Positions 1 through 10,408 of a DNA stretch of 64,000 bases are shown one piece after another. The translations under genes were made by a program, and so were the position numbers. Source of the stretch: Burkholderiales bacterium (GTDB taxonomy: Bacteria > Pseudomonadota > Gammaproteobacteria > Burkholderiales > SG8-41); contig JBKBXX010000003.1 in assembly GCA_046313915.1 (NCBI GenBank), forward strand, positions 2,289 to 66,288, read 5' to 3'. The notes under the pieces were generated by a model. It ran no database searches, had not been told where the DNA came from, and saw only the letters and a program-made list of their open reading frames with translations. Position 1 is the stretch's first letter. Every line of letters begins with the position of its first letter.

Positions 1-208
1 ACGCTTCGGCTTGCGTTAAGGCGCACCGCGCCGTGCCGGAGCCAAAACACAGACAAAGCAGCGGCCCTCAAGGCCGATGCCGGCTTGTAATAACGAGCTG
101 ACCGCGTAGCGGTTTGCCTGTATTTCGGCGGAGGCTAATGCACGCTTCAGCTTGCGTTAAGGCGCACCGCGCCGTGCCGGAGCCAAAACACGGACAAAGC
201 AGCGGCCC
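1..208. repeat. ~67-bp direct repeat, two copies (1-67 and 141-208), 140-bp period
   Basis: acgcttcRgcttgcgttaaggcgcaccgcgccgtgccggagccaaaacacRgacaaagcagcggccc occurs twice with 2 mismatches. Copy 1 may be cut by the window edge. Confidence 0.8.
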
Positions 209-234
209 CATGGCCGGAATACGGTCACATCGGG

Positions 235-240
235 TATAAT
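235..240 (+). promoter_or_regulatory. candidate -10 box (TATAAT) for the ahcY-metF leader
   Basis: Perfect TATAAT about 10 nt upstream of the first SAH aptamer. No convincing -35. Confidence 0.3.
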
Positions 241-248
241 CCCGGCCT

Positions 249-308
249 GCTGAGGAGCGTTGCAACCGGACCCTCCGGCCAGGCTCAGCAAACAACAACC
301 GCGCTCGC
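249..308 (+). promoter_or_regulatory. SAH riboswitch, copy 1
   Basis: cugaGGAGCGuuGCAACCggacccuCCGGccAGGCUCAGcaaacaacAACCGCGCUC matches the remembered SAH-element core (GAGGAGCGCUGCGACC...GGCUCAGG...AACGGCGCUC). It lies upstream of ahcY. Confidence 0.75.
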
Positions 309-332
309 ACCGGCAACGGTGCGAGCGTTTTT
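302..332 (+). terminator. intrinsic terminator acting as expression platform of SAH riboswitch 1
   Basis: Perfect 10-bp stem cgctcgcacc/ggtgcgagcg, 6-nt loop, then TTTTT. The 5' arm overlaps the 3' strand of the aptamer. Confidence 0.75.
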
Positions 333-347
333 CTTTGGGGCCCTTTT

Positions 348-417
348 CCGAGGGGCGCTGCAACCGGGATGCCCCGGTCAGGCTCGGAAAATTCCCCCGT
401 GATTACAACCGCGCCCG
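348..417 (+). promoter_or_regulatory. SAH riboswitch, copy 2
   Basis: ccGAGGGGCGCUGCAACCgggaugcCCCGGuCAGGCUCGG...AACCGCGCCC. It ends about 10 nt before the AGGGGA Shine-Dalgarno and ATG 437. Confidence 0.7.
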
Positions 418-436
418 CAAGTGTAGGGGATCGAAC

Positions 437-1849
<1,413 letters not shown>

Positions 1850-1926
1850 GAAGGAAGGCGCGGGAAAAGAGCCGCGGCGCACCCGCCCACTTGCTCCCTG
1901 GCGCCCTATCCCTCATCCTTGCACCC

Positions 1927-2772
1927 ATGCAATCACAGAAAAAGCATCGCCGCGTCTTCAGCTTCGAGTTCTTCCCGCCTCATACCCCGGAAGGCGCGGA
2001 GAAGCTGCGCGCGACCACGCGCCAGCTCGCCCAGCTCAAACCTGAATTCTTTTCGGTGACCTTCGGCGCGGGCGGCTCGACGCGCGAGCGCACGCTCGAC
2101 ACCGTGCTCGACATCCGCGCCCAGGGCTACGCCGCCGCGCCGCACATTTCGTGCATCGCCTCCACCCGCCAGAGCGTGCGCGACATGCTGCAACGGTACA
2201 AGGACCACGGCATCAGGCACCTGGTGGCGTTGCGCGGTGATCTGCCGTCGGGAATCGCCGCCGCCGGCGAATTCCGTTACGCCAACGAGCTGGTGGCTTT
2301 CATCCGCCAGGAGTTCGGCGATTATTTCTTCATCGAGGTCGCCGCCTATCCCGAATACCATCCCCAGGCGAAGAGCGCGCAGGACGATCTGCTGAATTTC
2401 AAGCGCAAGGTCGAAGCCGGCGCCAACTCGGCGATCACCCAGTACTTCTACAACGCCGACGCCTACTATCATTTCGTCGACCAGTGTGAAGCCATGGGGC
2501 TCGCCATCCCCGTCGTGCCCGGCATCATGCCGATCAACCGGTTCTCCCAGCTCGCGCGTTTTTCCGACGCCTGCGGCGCCGAGATCCCGCGCTGGATCCG
2601 CAAGAAACTCGAAGGCTACGGCGACGACATCGCTTCCATCCAGGCTTTCGGGCTCGACGTCGTCACCGCGTTGTGCGACGAGCTGCTCGCGAGCGGCGCG
2701 CCGGGACTGCATTTCTACACGCTGAACCAGGCCGGGCTCACCTCGACGATCTGGCAGCGCCTGGGTCTGTAA
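1927..2772 (+). CDS. metF: 5,10-methylenetetrahydrofolate reductase
   Basis: FSFEFFPP...VTFGAGGST...HFYTLN motifs. Directly downstream of ahcY. Confidence 0.9.
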   Translation: MQSQKKHRRVFSFEFFPPHTPEGAEKLRATTRQLAQLKPEFFSVTFGAGGSTRERTLDTVLDIRAQGYAAAPHISCIASTRQSVRDMLQRYKDHGIRHLVALRGDLPSGIAAAGEFRYANELVAFIRQEFGDYFFIEVAAYPEYHPQAKSAQDDLLNFKRKVEAGANSAITQYFYNADAYYHFVDQCEAMGLAIPVVPGIMPINRFSQLARFSDACGAEIPRWIRKKLEGYGDDIASIQAFGLDVVTALCDELLASGAPGLHFYTLNQAGLTSTIWQRLGL

Positions 2773-2774
2773 AC

Positions 2775-2805
2775 GGAACCGGCCGCCCCGCAGGCGGCCG
2801 GTTCC
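2775..2805. terminator. 13-bp perfect hairpin between convergent metF and the aminotransferase gene
   Basis: ggaaccggccgcc-ccgca-ggcggccggttcc. No strong U-run. Confidence 0.55.
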
Positions 2806-2825
2806 AAAGCGCCAGGCGCAGCCGT

Positions 2826-4082
2826 TCAGGCGGCTTTGGCAGCTTCGCGCTTTTTCCTGGCCTGCGCCTCCTCGGTGTGCATCGCGGCATAAGCGCCGTG
2901 GGCAGCCGCCTCGGCATAACCGACGCGCACCGGATAGCCCATGTCGTCGAGCACCGAACCCAGCGCCGACAGGCACAGCATGACGTTGGCGGGACGGCAG
3001 GAGTAACCCATGAGGCCGAAGCGCCAGATCTTGCCGGCGAGCGGTCCCAAGCCGGCGCCGATTTCCAGGCTGAATTCGGACAGCAGGCGCCTGCGCACTT
3101 CGGCTTCGTCCACGCCTTCGGGACAGATCACCGCGTTCATCTGCGGGATCTGGTGTTGTTCCTTGACCAAGAACCTGAGGCCCATCGCTTCGAGGCCGGC
3201 CTTGAGCGCGACATGATCGCGGCGCACCCGCGCCCACGCGTTTTCCAGACCTTCCTCGCGGATCAGCAGCAGCGCTTCGTGCAGCGCGAACAGCGAGTTG
3301 GTCGGCGCGGTGTGGTGATAAGTGCGGGTGGTCTCACCCCAGTAGCCGAGCAGCAGGTTCATGTCCATGAACCAGCTGCGGATCTTGTCCTTGCGCGCCT
3401 TGACGTAATCGACCACGCGCTCGGAAAACGACACCGGCGACAGGCCCGGGGTGCACGACAGGCATTTCTGGCTCGCGGAATACACCGCATCGAAATGCCA
3501 TTCGTCGACCAGCACCGGCGAGCCGCCGAGGGAAGTCACGGCATCGACGATGGTGAGCGCGTCGTGCTTGTGCGCGACCTCGACCAGCGTTTTGGCATCG
3601 GACAGCACGCCGGTGGAGGTTTCGGCGTGCACGAACGCCACCACGCGGGCGTCGGGGTTTTTCCTGAGCGCGTCTTCCAGTTTCTGCGGATCGACCGGCT
3701 CGCCCCAGGTATCCTCGACCACCACCGGGATGCCGCCGCTGCGCTCGACGTTCTCGATCATGCGCCCGCCGAACACGCCGTTGCGGCAGACGATGACCTT
3801 GTCGCCCGGCTTCACCATGTTGACGAAACAGTATTCCATGCCCACCGAACCCGGCCCGGAAACCGGAAAAGTCAGCGGGTTTTTAGTCTGGTAGACGTAG
3901 CGCAGCAGCGCCTTGAGTTCTTCCATCATTTCGACGAAGACCGGATCGAGGTAGCCGATCGCCGGCTGGCTCATGGTGGTGAGCACGCGCGGGTGGATTT
4001 CGGTGGGTCCCGGCCCCATCAGCGTGCGGCGCGGCGGATGAAAGGAGCTGATGCGCTTGGCGGGTGCGAATTCGTTTCTCAT
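2826..4082 (-). CDS. class V aminotransferase (serine-glyoxylate / alanine-glyoxylate type)
   Basis: 418-aa core from MRNEFAPAKR...GPGPTEIHPRV...SASQKCL (PLP-Lys context). GGGAG SD 8 nt before ATG 4082. Confidence 0.85.
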   Translation of the reverse strand: MRNEFAPAKRISSFHPPRRTLMGPGPTEIHPRVLTTMSQPAIGYLDPVFVEMMEELKALLRYVYQTKNPLTFPVSGPGSVGMEYCFVNMVKPGDKVIVCRNGVFGGRMIENVERSGGIPVVVEDTWGEPVDPQKLEDALRKNPDARVVAFVHAETSTGVLSDAKTLVEVAHKHDALTIVDAVTSLGGSPVLVDEWHFDAVYSASQKCLSCTPGLSPVSFSERVVDYVKARKDKIRSWFMDMNLLLGYWGETTRTYHHTAPTNSLFALHEALLLIREEGLENAWARVRRDHVALKAGLEAMGLRFLVKEQHQIPQMNAVICPEGVDEAEVRRRLLSEFSLEIGAGLGPLAGKIWRFGLMGYSCRPANVMLCLSALGSVLDDMGYPVRVGYAEAAAHGAYAAMHTEEAQARKKREAAKAA

Positions 4083-4346
4083 CGTGTCACTCCCTGAAAG
4101 AGGATTGATCAAACCTTCGCCATCCGGACGCGACTTGAGCCGGATCGGCTTGCGGGCATTGGCCTCGTTGAGCACCTCGACCGCCGTGATCTCGCCGCCG
4201 GTGACGTGTTCGACTTCCATCGCCCAGCGTGCCGGCACATAACCGGATTTGATCCAGTTGTTGACGACGGCACGATCGAGACGAAAGCGGCGGGCGACTT
4301 CGGCTTGGCTGCCGAACAGGGCAACGAGGCGTTCTGCACAGTTCAT
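4083..4346 (-). CDS. Cro/YdaS-like HTH segment in frame with the aminotransferase, with no stop of its own
   Basis: MNCAERLVALFGSQAEVARRFRLDRAVVNNWIKSGYVPARWAMEVEHVTGGEITAVEVL resembles YdaS/Cro-family regulators. It reads straight into codon 1 of the aminotransferase. Confidence 0.5.
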
Positions 4347-4434
4347 GGCTAACGCAAGACTAGCACGGCAAAATTATTTTGACAAACTGAAATTCTGACG
4401 GCCGGGTCGCCAAGACTTTGCATAACACCATGTT

Positions 4435-5325
4435 TTATTTGAATTCTTCAGCAGGATCGAAAACCCGGTCGCCGTCGACGTCGGGGATGCCGCCGGCCGC
4501 CACCGCCGCAAAATCGAACAACTGGCGGTCGAGCAGATGCGAAGGCCGCACGTTCTGGAGCGCGGTGAGTATGGTTTCCACCCGCCCCGGCTCGCGCCTT
4601 TCCCACTCGCGCAGCAGCGCCTTCACTTCCTTGCGCTTCAGGGTGTGCTGCGAACCGCACAGGGTGCAGGGGATGATCGGAAAGCGGCGCAGCCCGGCGT
4701 ATTCGGCGAGGTCTGCTTCCTTGCAGTAGGCGAGCGGCCGGATCACCACATGCCGGCCATCGTCGGAAGCAAGTTTGGGCGGCATCGCCTTCAGGGTGCC
4801 GCCGTAGAACAGGTTGAGGAAAAACGTCTCCAGGATGTCGTCGCGATGATGGCCGAGCGCGATCTTGGTTGCGCCCAGTTCCGCAGCCACGCGGTAGAGC
4901 ACGCCACGCCGCAGCCGCGAGCATAGCGCACAGAGGGTCTTGCCTTCGGGAATCACGCGCTTGACGACGGCGTAGGTGTCCTGTTCCTCGATGCGGAAAG
5001 GCACGCCGATTTTCGTCAGATATTCCGGCAGCACGTGCGCGGGGAAACCCGGCTGCTTCTGGTCGAGGTTGACCGCGACGATGTCGAAGCCGATCGGCGC
5101 GCGTCCGCGCAGATGCATCAGGATATCGAGCAGCGCGTAGCTGTCCTTGCCGCCCGACAGGCACACCATGACCTTGTCGCCGTCGCGGATCATGTCGTAG
5201 TCGGCGATCGCCTGCCCGACCTGGCGGCGCAGGCGCTTGGCAAGTTTGTTGGCCTCGTAGTGCCGTTTCTGCTCGGCGCGGGTGAGCGGTGCGTTCATGG
5301 TTTCAGGTCCGGCTCGGTCGGCCAT
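4435..5325 (-). CDS. ttcA: tRNA 2-thiocytidine(32) synthetase
   Basis: [20 protein letters not shown]...[11 protein letters not shown]-loop and CxxC pairs. The start could instead be MNAPL at 5298. Confidence 0.9.
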   Translation of the reverse strand: MADRAGPETMNAPLTRAEQKRHYEANKLAKRLRRQVGQAIADYDMIRDGDKVMVCLSGGKDSYALLDILMHLRGRAPIGFDIVAVNLDQKQPGFPAHVLPEYLTKIGVPFRIEEQDTYAVVKRVIPEGKTLCALCSRLRRGVLYRVAAELGATKIALGHHRDDILETFFLNLFYGGTLKAMPPKLASDDGRHVVIRPLAYCKEADLAEYAGLRRFPIIPCTLCGSQHTLKRKEVKALLREWERREPGRVETILTALQNVRPSHLLDRQLFDFAAVAAGGIPDVDGDRVFDPAEEFK

Positions 5326-5339
5326 GATACCAGCCCGCT

Positions 5340-5969
5340 TCAGACAGCGCGCCGGAAACCCGCGAGCAACGCCGCGGTGACGATGAACAGACTGCCGAAA
5401 ACGCGGTTGACCCAGCGCGCACGGGGCGAATCGCGCAGCGCGTGCAACATTTGGGCCGCAAAAGCGGCGTAGCCCCCCATTACCACCAGATCGACCGCGG
5501 TCATGGTCATCACGACGAGCAGATATTGCGGCAGCAGCGGCTGCGCGATGTCGATGAATTGCGGCAGCACCGCCAGCATGAACAGGGTCGCCTTGGGGTT
5601 GCCGGCGTTGACCAGAAAACCGTGCAGCAGCATGTCATTGACCAATGCACCGCCTGCTTTTTGGGGGACGATGGCACCCGGATGCGCCACGGCGCGCCAG
5701 TGGCAAATACCGAGCCCGCACAAATAAGCGACGCCGAACCAGCGCACGGCCTCGAAAGCGAGGCTGGAAGCGGCGATGAGCGCACCGACGCCGACGGCGA
5801 CCATCACGAGCTGGAACAGCACCCCCAGTTGCAGGCCGAGCAGCGTCCAGCAGCCGCGTCTGAGGCCATGCCGCAGGCCGCTCGACATGGCGGCGACCGC
5901 GCCTGCGCCAGGCGACAGGCTGATCGCCCACGACGCGAGAAACAGGGCAAACCACGTTTCGGGTTTCAT
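5340..5969 (-). CDS. LysE/RhtB-family amino-acid exporter
   Basis: [23 protein letters not shown]..., multi-TM. Confidence 0.8.
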   Translation of the reverse strand: MKPETWFALFLASWAISLSPGAGAVAAMSSGLRHGLRRGCWTLLGLQLGVLFQLVMVAVGVGALIAASSLAFEAVRWFGVAYLCGLGICHWRAVAHPGAIVPQKAGGALVNDMLLHGFLVNAGNPKATLFMLAVLPQFIDIAQPLLPQYLLVVMTMTAVDLVVMGGYAAFAAQMLHALRDSPRARWVNRVFGSLFIVTAALLAGFRRAV

Positions 5970-5970
5970 G

Positions 5971-6723
5971 CTAAAGATTGATGCTCCTGCCGCCGTCGAC
6001 CACGAGCACCTGGCCGGTGACGTAAGGCGCGGCGGCAATCAGGAATTGCACCGCCTTCGCGATGTCGTCGGGTTCGCCGATGCGTTTCAGCGCCGTCTGG
6101 TTGACGATGCGCTGACGCGAGATTTCGTCTCTCCAGGTGTCGTCGTCGGGCCACAGGATGGTGCCGGGGGCAACGCCGTTCACGCGCACCTCGGGGCCGA
6201 GTTCGCGCGCGAGCGACCGCGTGAGCGTCCGCAGCCCGCCTTTGGCCGTGGTGTAGACGACGTGGTTTTTCATCGGAAACTCGGCGTGGATATCGATGAT
6301 GTTGACGATGCAGCCGTGGCTTTTTTTCAATTCCTTCGCCGCGGCCTGCGACAGGAACAGCGGCACCTTGAGATTGGTGCCGATGAGGTCGTCCCACGCC
6401 TTTTCGGTGATCTCGCCCACCGGCGTCGGATAAAAGCTCGAGGCGTTGTTGATCAGCACGTCGAGTCGCCCGAATGCCTTCACCGCATCCTTGACGAGCC
6501 CCGGCAGCGCCGCCGTTTTCAGCAGATCGCCCTGCACGAGCGCCACCGAGCCGGCGCGTCGGCCGTCGAGTTCCGCCTTGAGCGCATGCGCCTCGATCGT
6601 CGAAGTGCGGTAATGCACCACCAGCTGGGCGCCCGCGGCGTGCAGCCGGCGGCAGATCGCCGCGCCGACACGCTTGGCGCCGCCGGTGACCAGCACGACC
6701 TTGTCTTCGAGGGATGCGCTCAT
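5971..6723 (-). CDS. short-chain dehydrogenase, pteridine reductase (FolM-like)
   Basis: VVLVTGGAKRVGAAI...YTTAKGGL (YxxxK). Confidence 0.75.
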   Translation of the reverse strand: MSASLEDKVVLVTGGAKRVGAAICRRLHAAGAQLVVHYRTSTIEAHALKAELDGRRAGSVALVQGDLLKTAALPGLVKDAVKAFGRLDVLINNASSFYPTPVGEITEKAWDDLIGTNLKVPLFLSQAAAKELKKSHGCIVNIIDIHAEFPMKNHVVYTTAKGGLRTLTRSLARELGPEVRVNGVAPGTILWPDDDTWRDEISRQRIVNQTALKRIGEPDDIAKAVQFLIAAAPYVTGQVLVVDGGRSINL

Positions 6724-6826
6724 GACTGCGGGGAACCTCAAAACGGCGAAGCGGCGCGCGAAAACCGTGCACTGCTCGCAGCATATTGTTTATTTTAGCC
6801 TATTCACGCATCATCGGGATGTGGAC

Positions 6827-7996
6827 ATGCCTACCCATCTTGCGCATCTGCCGCCACCGTCTCCCGAAGCACGGGCAGTCAGCGAGCGGCTCGCCGGACT
6901 GATCGGCGCGGAAATCGACGCCGCCGGCGGCTGGATCGGCTTCGCGCGCTTCATGGAGCTTGCGCTTTATGCGCCCGGCCTCGGCTATTACAGCGCCGGC
7001 AGCCGCAAACTCGGCCGCGCAGGCGATTTCGTCACCGCGCCCGAGCTCTCGGCCTTGTTCGGCCGCTGTCTCGCGCGCCAGCTCGCCGAGCTGATCGGCC
7101 GCGGCTTCACCGACATCCTGGAAATCGGCGCCGGCAGCGGCGCGCTCGCCTCCGATCTGCTGCCCGAGCTCGCGGCGCTGGGCCGCGTGCCGGAACGCTA
7201 CTTCATTCTCGAAGTGAGCGCCGAGCTGCGCGAGCGCCAGCGCGAACGCATCGCCGGACATGCGCCGCAGCAAGCCGGCAAGGTGCGCTGGCTCGAAGTG
7301 CTGCCGCCGGATTTCAGCGGCATCATCATTGGCAACGAAGTGCTCGACGCCATGCCGGCGCATATCGTGCGCACCCGCGGCGGCGCGATCGAGGAACTGG
7401 GTGTCAGCCGCAATGACGGCGGCGCCGCGCCGTTCGCGCGCGCCTGGCGCGCTGCGAGCGGCGCACTGCTGGCCGCCGCCCGCCGGCTCGACCTGCCGGA
7501 CGATTATGAAACCGAAATCCAGCTCGCGGCGCGCGCCTTCGTGAAAAGTTTTGCGCGCGTGCTCGGGCGCGGCGTGCTGCTGTTCATCGATTACGGCTTT
7601 CCGGCGCGCGAGTATTACCACCCGCAGCGCGCAACCGGCACGCTGATGTGCCATTACCGCCATCACGCCCACGCCGATCCCTTGTGCCTGGTGGGATTGC
7701 AGGACATCACCACCCACGTCGATTTCAGCGCCATCGCCGAGGCCGGCACCGCCGGCGGTCTCGAGGTGCTCGGCTATGCCAGCCAGGCGCGCTTCCTCAT
7801 CAACTGCGGCATCACCGACATCCTCGGCGAGACGCCGGCTTCCGATGTGCGCGCCTACGCGCCGCTCGCGTCACAGGCGCAGAAACTGCTTTCGCCCGCC
7901 GAAATGGGCGAGCTGTTCAAGGTCATCGCCTTGGGCAAGGGCGTCGCGCCGCCATTGCTCGGCTTTGGCAGCGGCGACAAAAGCCATACCCTCTAG
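6827..7996 (+). CDS. SAM-dependent methyltransferase, MidA/NDUFAF7 family (DUF185)
   Basis: FMELALYAPGLGYYS...GDFVTAPE...LEIGAGSG. Confidence 0.85.
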   Translation: MPTHLAHLPPPSPEARAVSERLAGLIGAEIDAAGGWIGFARFMELALYAPGLGYYSAGSRKLGRAGDFVTAPELSALFGRCLARQLAELIGRGFTDILEIGAGSGALASDLLPELAALGRVPERYFILEVSAELRERQRERIAGHAPQQAGKVRWLEVLPPDFSGIIIGNEVLDAMPAHIVRTRGGAIEELGVSRNDGGAAPFARAWRAASGALLAAARRLDLPDDYETEIQLAARAFVKSFARVLGRGVLLFIDYGFPAREYYHPQRATGTLMCHYRHHAHADPLCLVGLQDITTHVDFSAIAEAGTAGGLEVLGYASQARFLINCGITDILGETPASDVRAYAPLASQAQKLLSPAEMGELFKVIALGKGVAPPLLGFGSGDKSHTL

Positions 7997-8076
7997 AACC
8001 GTTTCCCCGGCCCGGGGCGTGCGCTATGATAAATTCCGGAAACGTGCGGCGGGGGCATCCCGGGAGGGCTGTGACG

Positions 8077-8853
8077 ATGGGTCCGAATAAGGCGCAATGG
8101 GGCTGTGGCGTGGTGGCCGCCGCGCTCGCGACCACCAGCGGGGCAGCCGATGCGCTCGCAAGTGATAGCCGTGACATTCGGCCGTGGCAGGTGATCGCAC
8201 AAAATTCTGCCCCGGCATCACAGCAGGCGGCGGGTGCAGCAGCCGTGGCCAGAGCCAGATACCTGTGGTCGCAAAGCCCGCACGGCAAAATGCTCGAACG
8301 CATCCTGCCGCGCGCGATCGAGCCCGAACGGTTGCCCGAGCCGCAATCGCCAGGCGCGCAGCTCGTCGCCCGCTACTGCGTGCAATGCCACTACCTGCCG
8401 GATCCGCGGATGCATACCGCCGCCAACTGGAAAAAAACCGTCGAGCGCATGGTGTGGCGCATGCAGGGCAAGGGCAACCTGGGAAAAGTCATGAAAGACA
8501 TGATGGATGAGGTCAAGGCGCCGGACGGCGAAGAGCAGGCGGCGCTCACGCACTATCTGCAACGGCACGGCCAGCACGAAATCGATCCCGCCGACCCGGC
8601 GCTGAAGACGGTTGCGGGGCAGATGTACGGCATCGCTTGTTCGCAATGCCACGCGCTGCCCGATCCGCGCCGCCATACCGCGCGCGAATGGCCGAAAGTG
8701 GTGCAGCGCATGAAACAGCACATGGCGTGGACCAACGTCGTGGTCGGCGCCACCGAGCTGCGCACCGACCCCGTGCTCAGGACCGACGAAATCGTCCGCT
8801 TTCTGCAACGCTACGCGCGAAACGAGAAACCAGAGGCCGCGAGCGGTCAATAA
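8077..8853 (+). CDS. periplasmic di-haem c-type cytochrome-like protein
   Basis: Signal-like N-terminus after GGGAGGG SD. Two CxxCH motifs (CVQCH, CSQCH) in duplicated modules. Confidence 0.6.
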   Translation: MGPNKAQWGCGVVAAALATTSGAADALASDSRDIRPWQVIAQNSAPASQQAAGAAAVARARYLWSQSPHGKMLERILPRAIEPERLPEPQSPGAQLVARYCVQCHYLPDPRMHTAANWKKTVERMVWRMQGKGNLGKVMKDMMDEVKAPDGEEQAALTHYLQRHGQHEIDPADPALKTVAGQMYGIACSQCHALPDPRRHTAREWPKVVQRMKQHMAWTNVVVGATELRTDPVLRTDEIVRFLQRYARNEKPEAASGQ

Positions 8854-8922
8854 TCAGCAAAAAAAATATCAACAAATACAATAACTTATTCATCCCTTGC
8901 CGCTTACCGCCCTACACCACTC

Positions 8923-9915
8923 ATGAAAGCCATGCTGCTCGATGCGCCGCGGCGCGCGCTGCGCCTGGCCGACCTGCCGATCCCCGCGCCCGCCGCCGGC
9001 CAGCTGCTGATCCGGGTCCATGCCTGCGGCGTGTGCCGCACTGATCTGCACGTGGTCGATGGCGATCTCGCCGAAAGCAGGCTGCCGCTCGTCCCCGGCC
9101 ATGAAATCGTCGGTGTGGTCGCCGCGGCGGGCGCGGCGGTCGAGCGCTTCGGCGTCGGCGACCGCGTCGGCGTGCCGTGGCTGGGCTACACGTGCGGCCG
9201 ATGCGCTTATTGCACGAGCGGCCGCGAAAACCTGTGCGACCACGCGCGCTTCACTGGCTATCATCTCGACGGCGGCTATGCCGAATACACGCTTGCCGAC
9301 CAGCGCTACTGTTTCGCGATTCCGGACGAATACGACGATGTCGCCGCGGCCCCGCTGCTGTGCGCGGGGCTGATCGGCTACCGCTCGCTGATCATGGCCG
9401 GCGAGGCAAAAAAACTGGGCATCTACGGCTTCGGCGCCGCCGCGCACCTCGTCGCCCAGGTGGCGCGCCATCAGGGCCGCGAGATTTATGCATTCACCCG
9501 GCCGGGCGACGTCGCAGGGCAACGCTTCGCGCGCGGGCTTGGCGCACACTGGGCCGGCGATTCGACCGCTGCGCCGCCCGCGCCGCTCGATGCCGCGATC
9601 ATTTTCGCGCCGGTCGGTGCGCTGGTGCCGCAGGCGCTCGCCGCCGTGCGCAAAGGCGGCAGCGTGGTATGCGCCGGCATCCACATGAGCGAGATCCCGG
9701 CTTTTCCCTACGCCATGCTGTGGGGCGAGCGCCGCCTCCAGTCGGTGGCCAACCTGACGCGCCGCGACGGCGAGGAGTTTCTCGCGCTCGCGCCGCGGGT
9801 GCCGGTGCGCACCTCGACCGAAGCTTTCGGCCTCGCGCAGGCCAACGAAGCGCTGGCGCGGCTGCGCGAAGGAAAGATCACCGGCGCGGCGGTGCTGGTG
9901 ACAGGCAGCGCGTGA
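8923..9915 (+). CDS. zinc-binding alcohol dehydrogenase family protein
   Basis: ACGVCRTDLH...GHEIVG...CGRCAYC. Confidence 0.9.
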   Translation: MKAMLLDAPRRALRLADLPIPAPAAGQLLIRVHACGVCRTDLHVVDGDLAESRLPLVPGHEIVGVVAAAGAAVERFGVGDRVGVPWLGYTCGRCAYCTSGRENLCDHARFTGYHLDGGYAEYTLADQRYCFAIPDEYDDVAAAPLLCAGLIGYRSLIMAGEAKKLGIYGFGAAAHLVAQVARHQGREIYAFTRPGDVAGQRFARGLGAHWAGDSTAAPPAPLDAAIIFAPVGALVPQALAAVRKGGSVVCAGIHMSEIPAFPYAMLWGERRLQSVANLTRRDGEEFLALAPRVPVRTSTEAFGLAQANEALARLREGKITGAAVLVTGSA

Positions 9916-9977
9916 TGACGAACGCGGCGTGAAACCCTCGCGGCCATGCTGATCAAGACGAAGACGATGCGACGCAC

Positions 9978-10385
9978 ATGAAAATACTCATAGCCGAAGA
10001 CAACACGCTGGTGGTGAAAATACTGTATTCGTACCTGTCGCCGCTCGGGGAAATCACGCTCGCCACCAATGGTCTGGGAGCTTTCTCCGCAGCGAAAGCC
10101 GCGTTTCACGACAAGCAGCCCTATGATCTGATCTGCCTCGACATCATGATGCCCGAAGTCGACGGCATTGCGGCGCTGCACAGCATCCGGCAGATGGAAA
10201 GCAGCCACGGCATAAGCCGGGAAGCCCGCTCGAAGATCATCATGACCACGGCAGCAAGCGACAGGCAGCGTATCGAGGCGGCGATCGCGGAAGGCTGCGA
10301 CGGCTTTCTGGTAAAACCGGTGAGCAGGGAGCGCCTGTTCGCCGAGCTGCGCAGGCTCGGTTTCGACATCCCGGAACGGAACTGA
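9978..10385 (+). CDS. single-domain response regulator (CheY-like receiver)
   Basis: MKILIAEDN...DLICLDIMMPEVDG...K at the expected position. Confidence 0.85.
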   Translation: MKILIAEDNTLVVKILYSYLSPLGEITLATNGLGAFSAAKAAFHDKQPYDLICLDIMMPEVDGIAALHSIRQMESSHGISREARSKIIMTTAASDRQRIEAAIAEGCDGFLVKPVSRERLFAELRRLGFDIPERN

Positions 10386-10408
10386 GGCGAAACCGCACCC
10401 GCGGTTGC

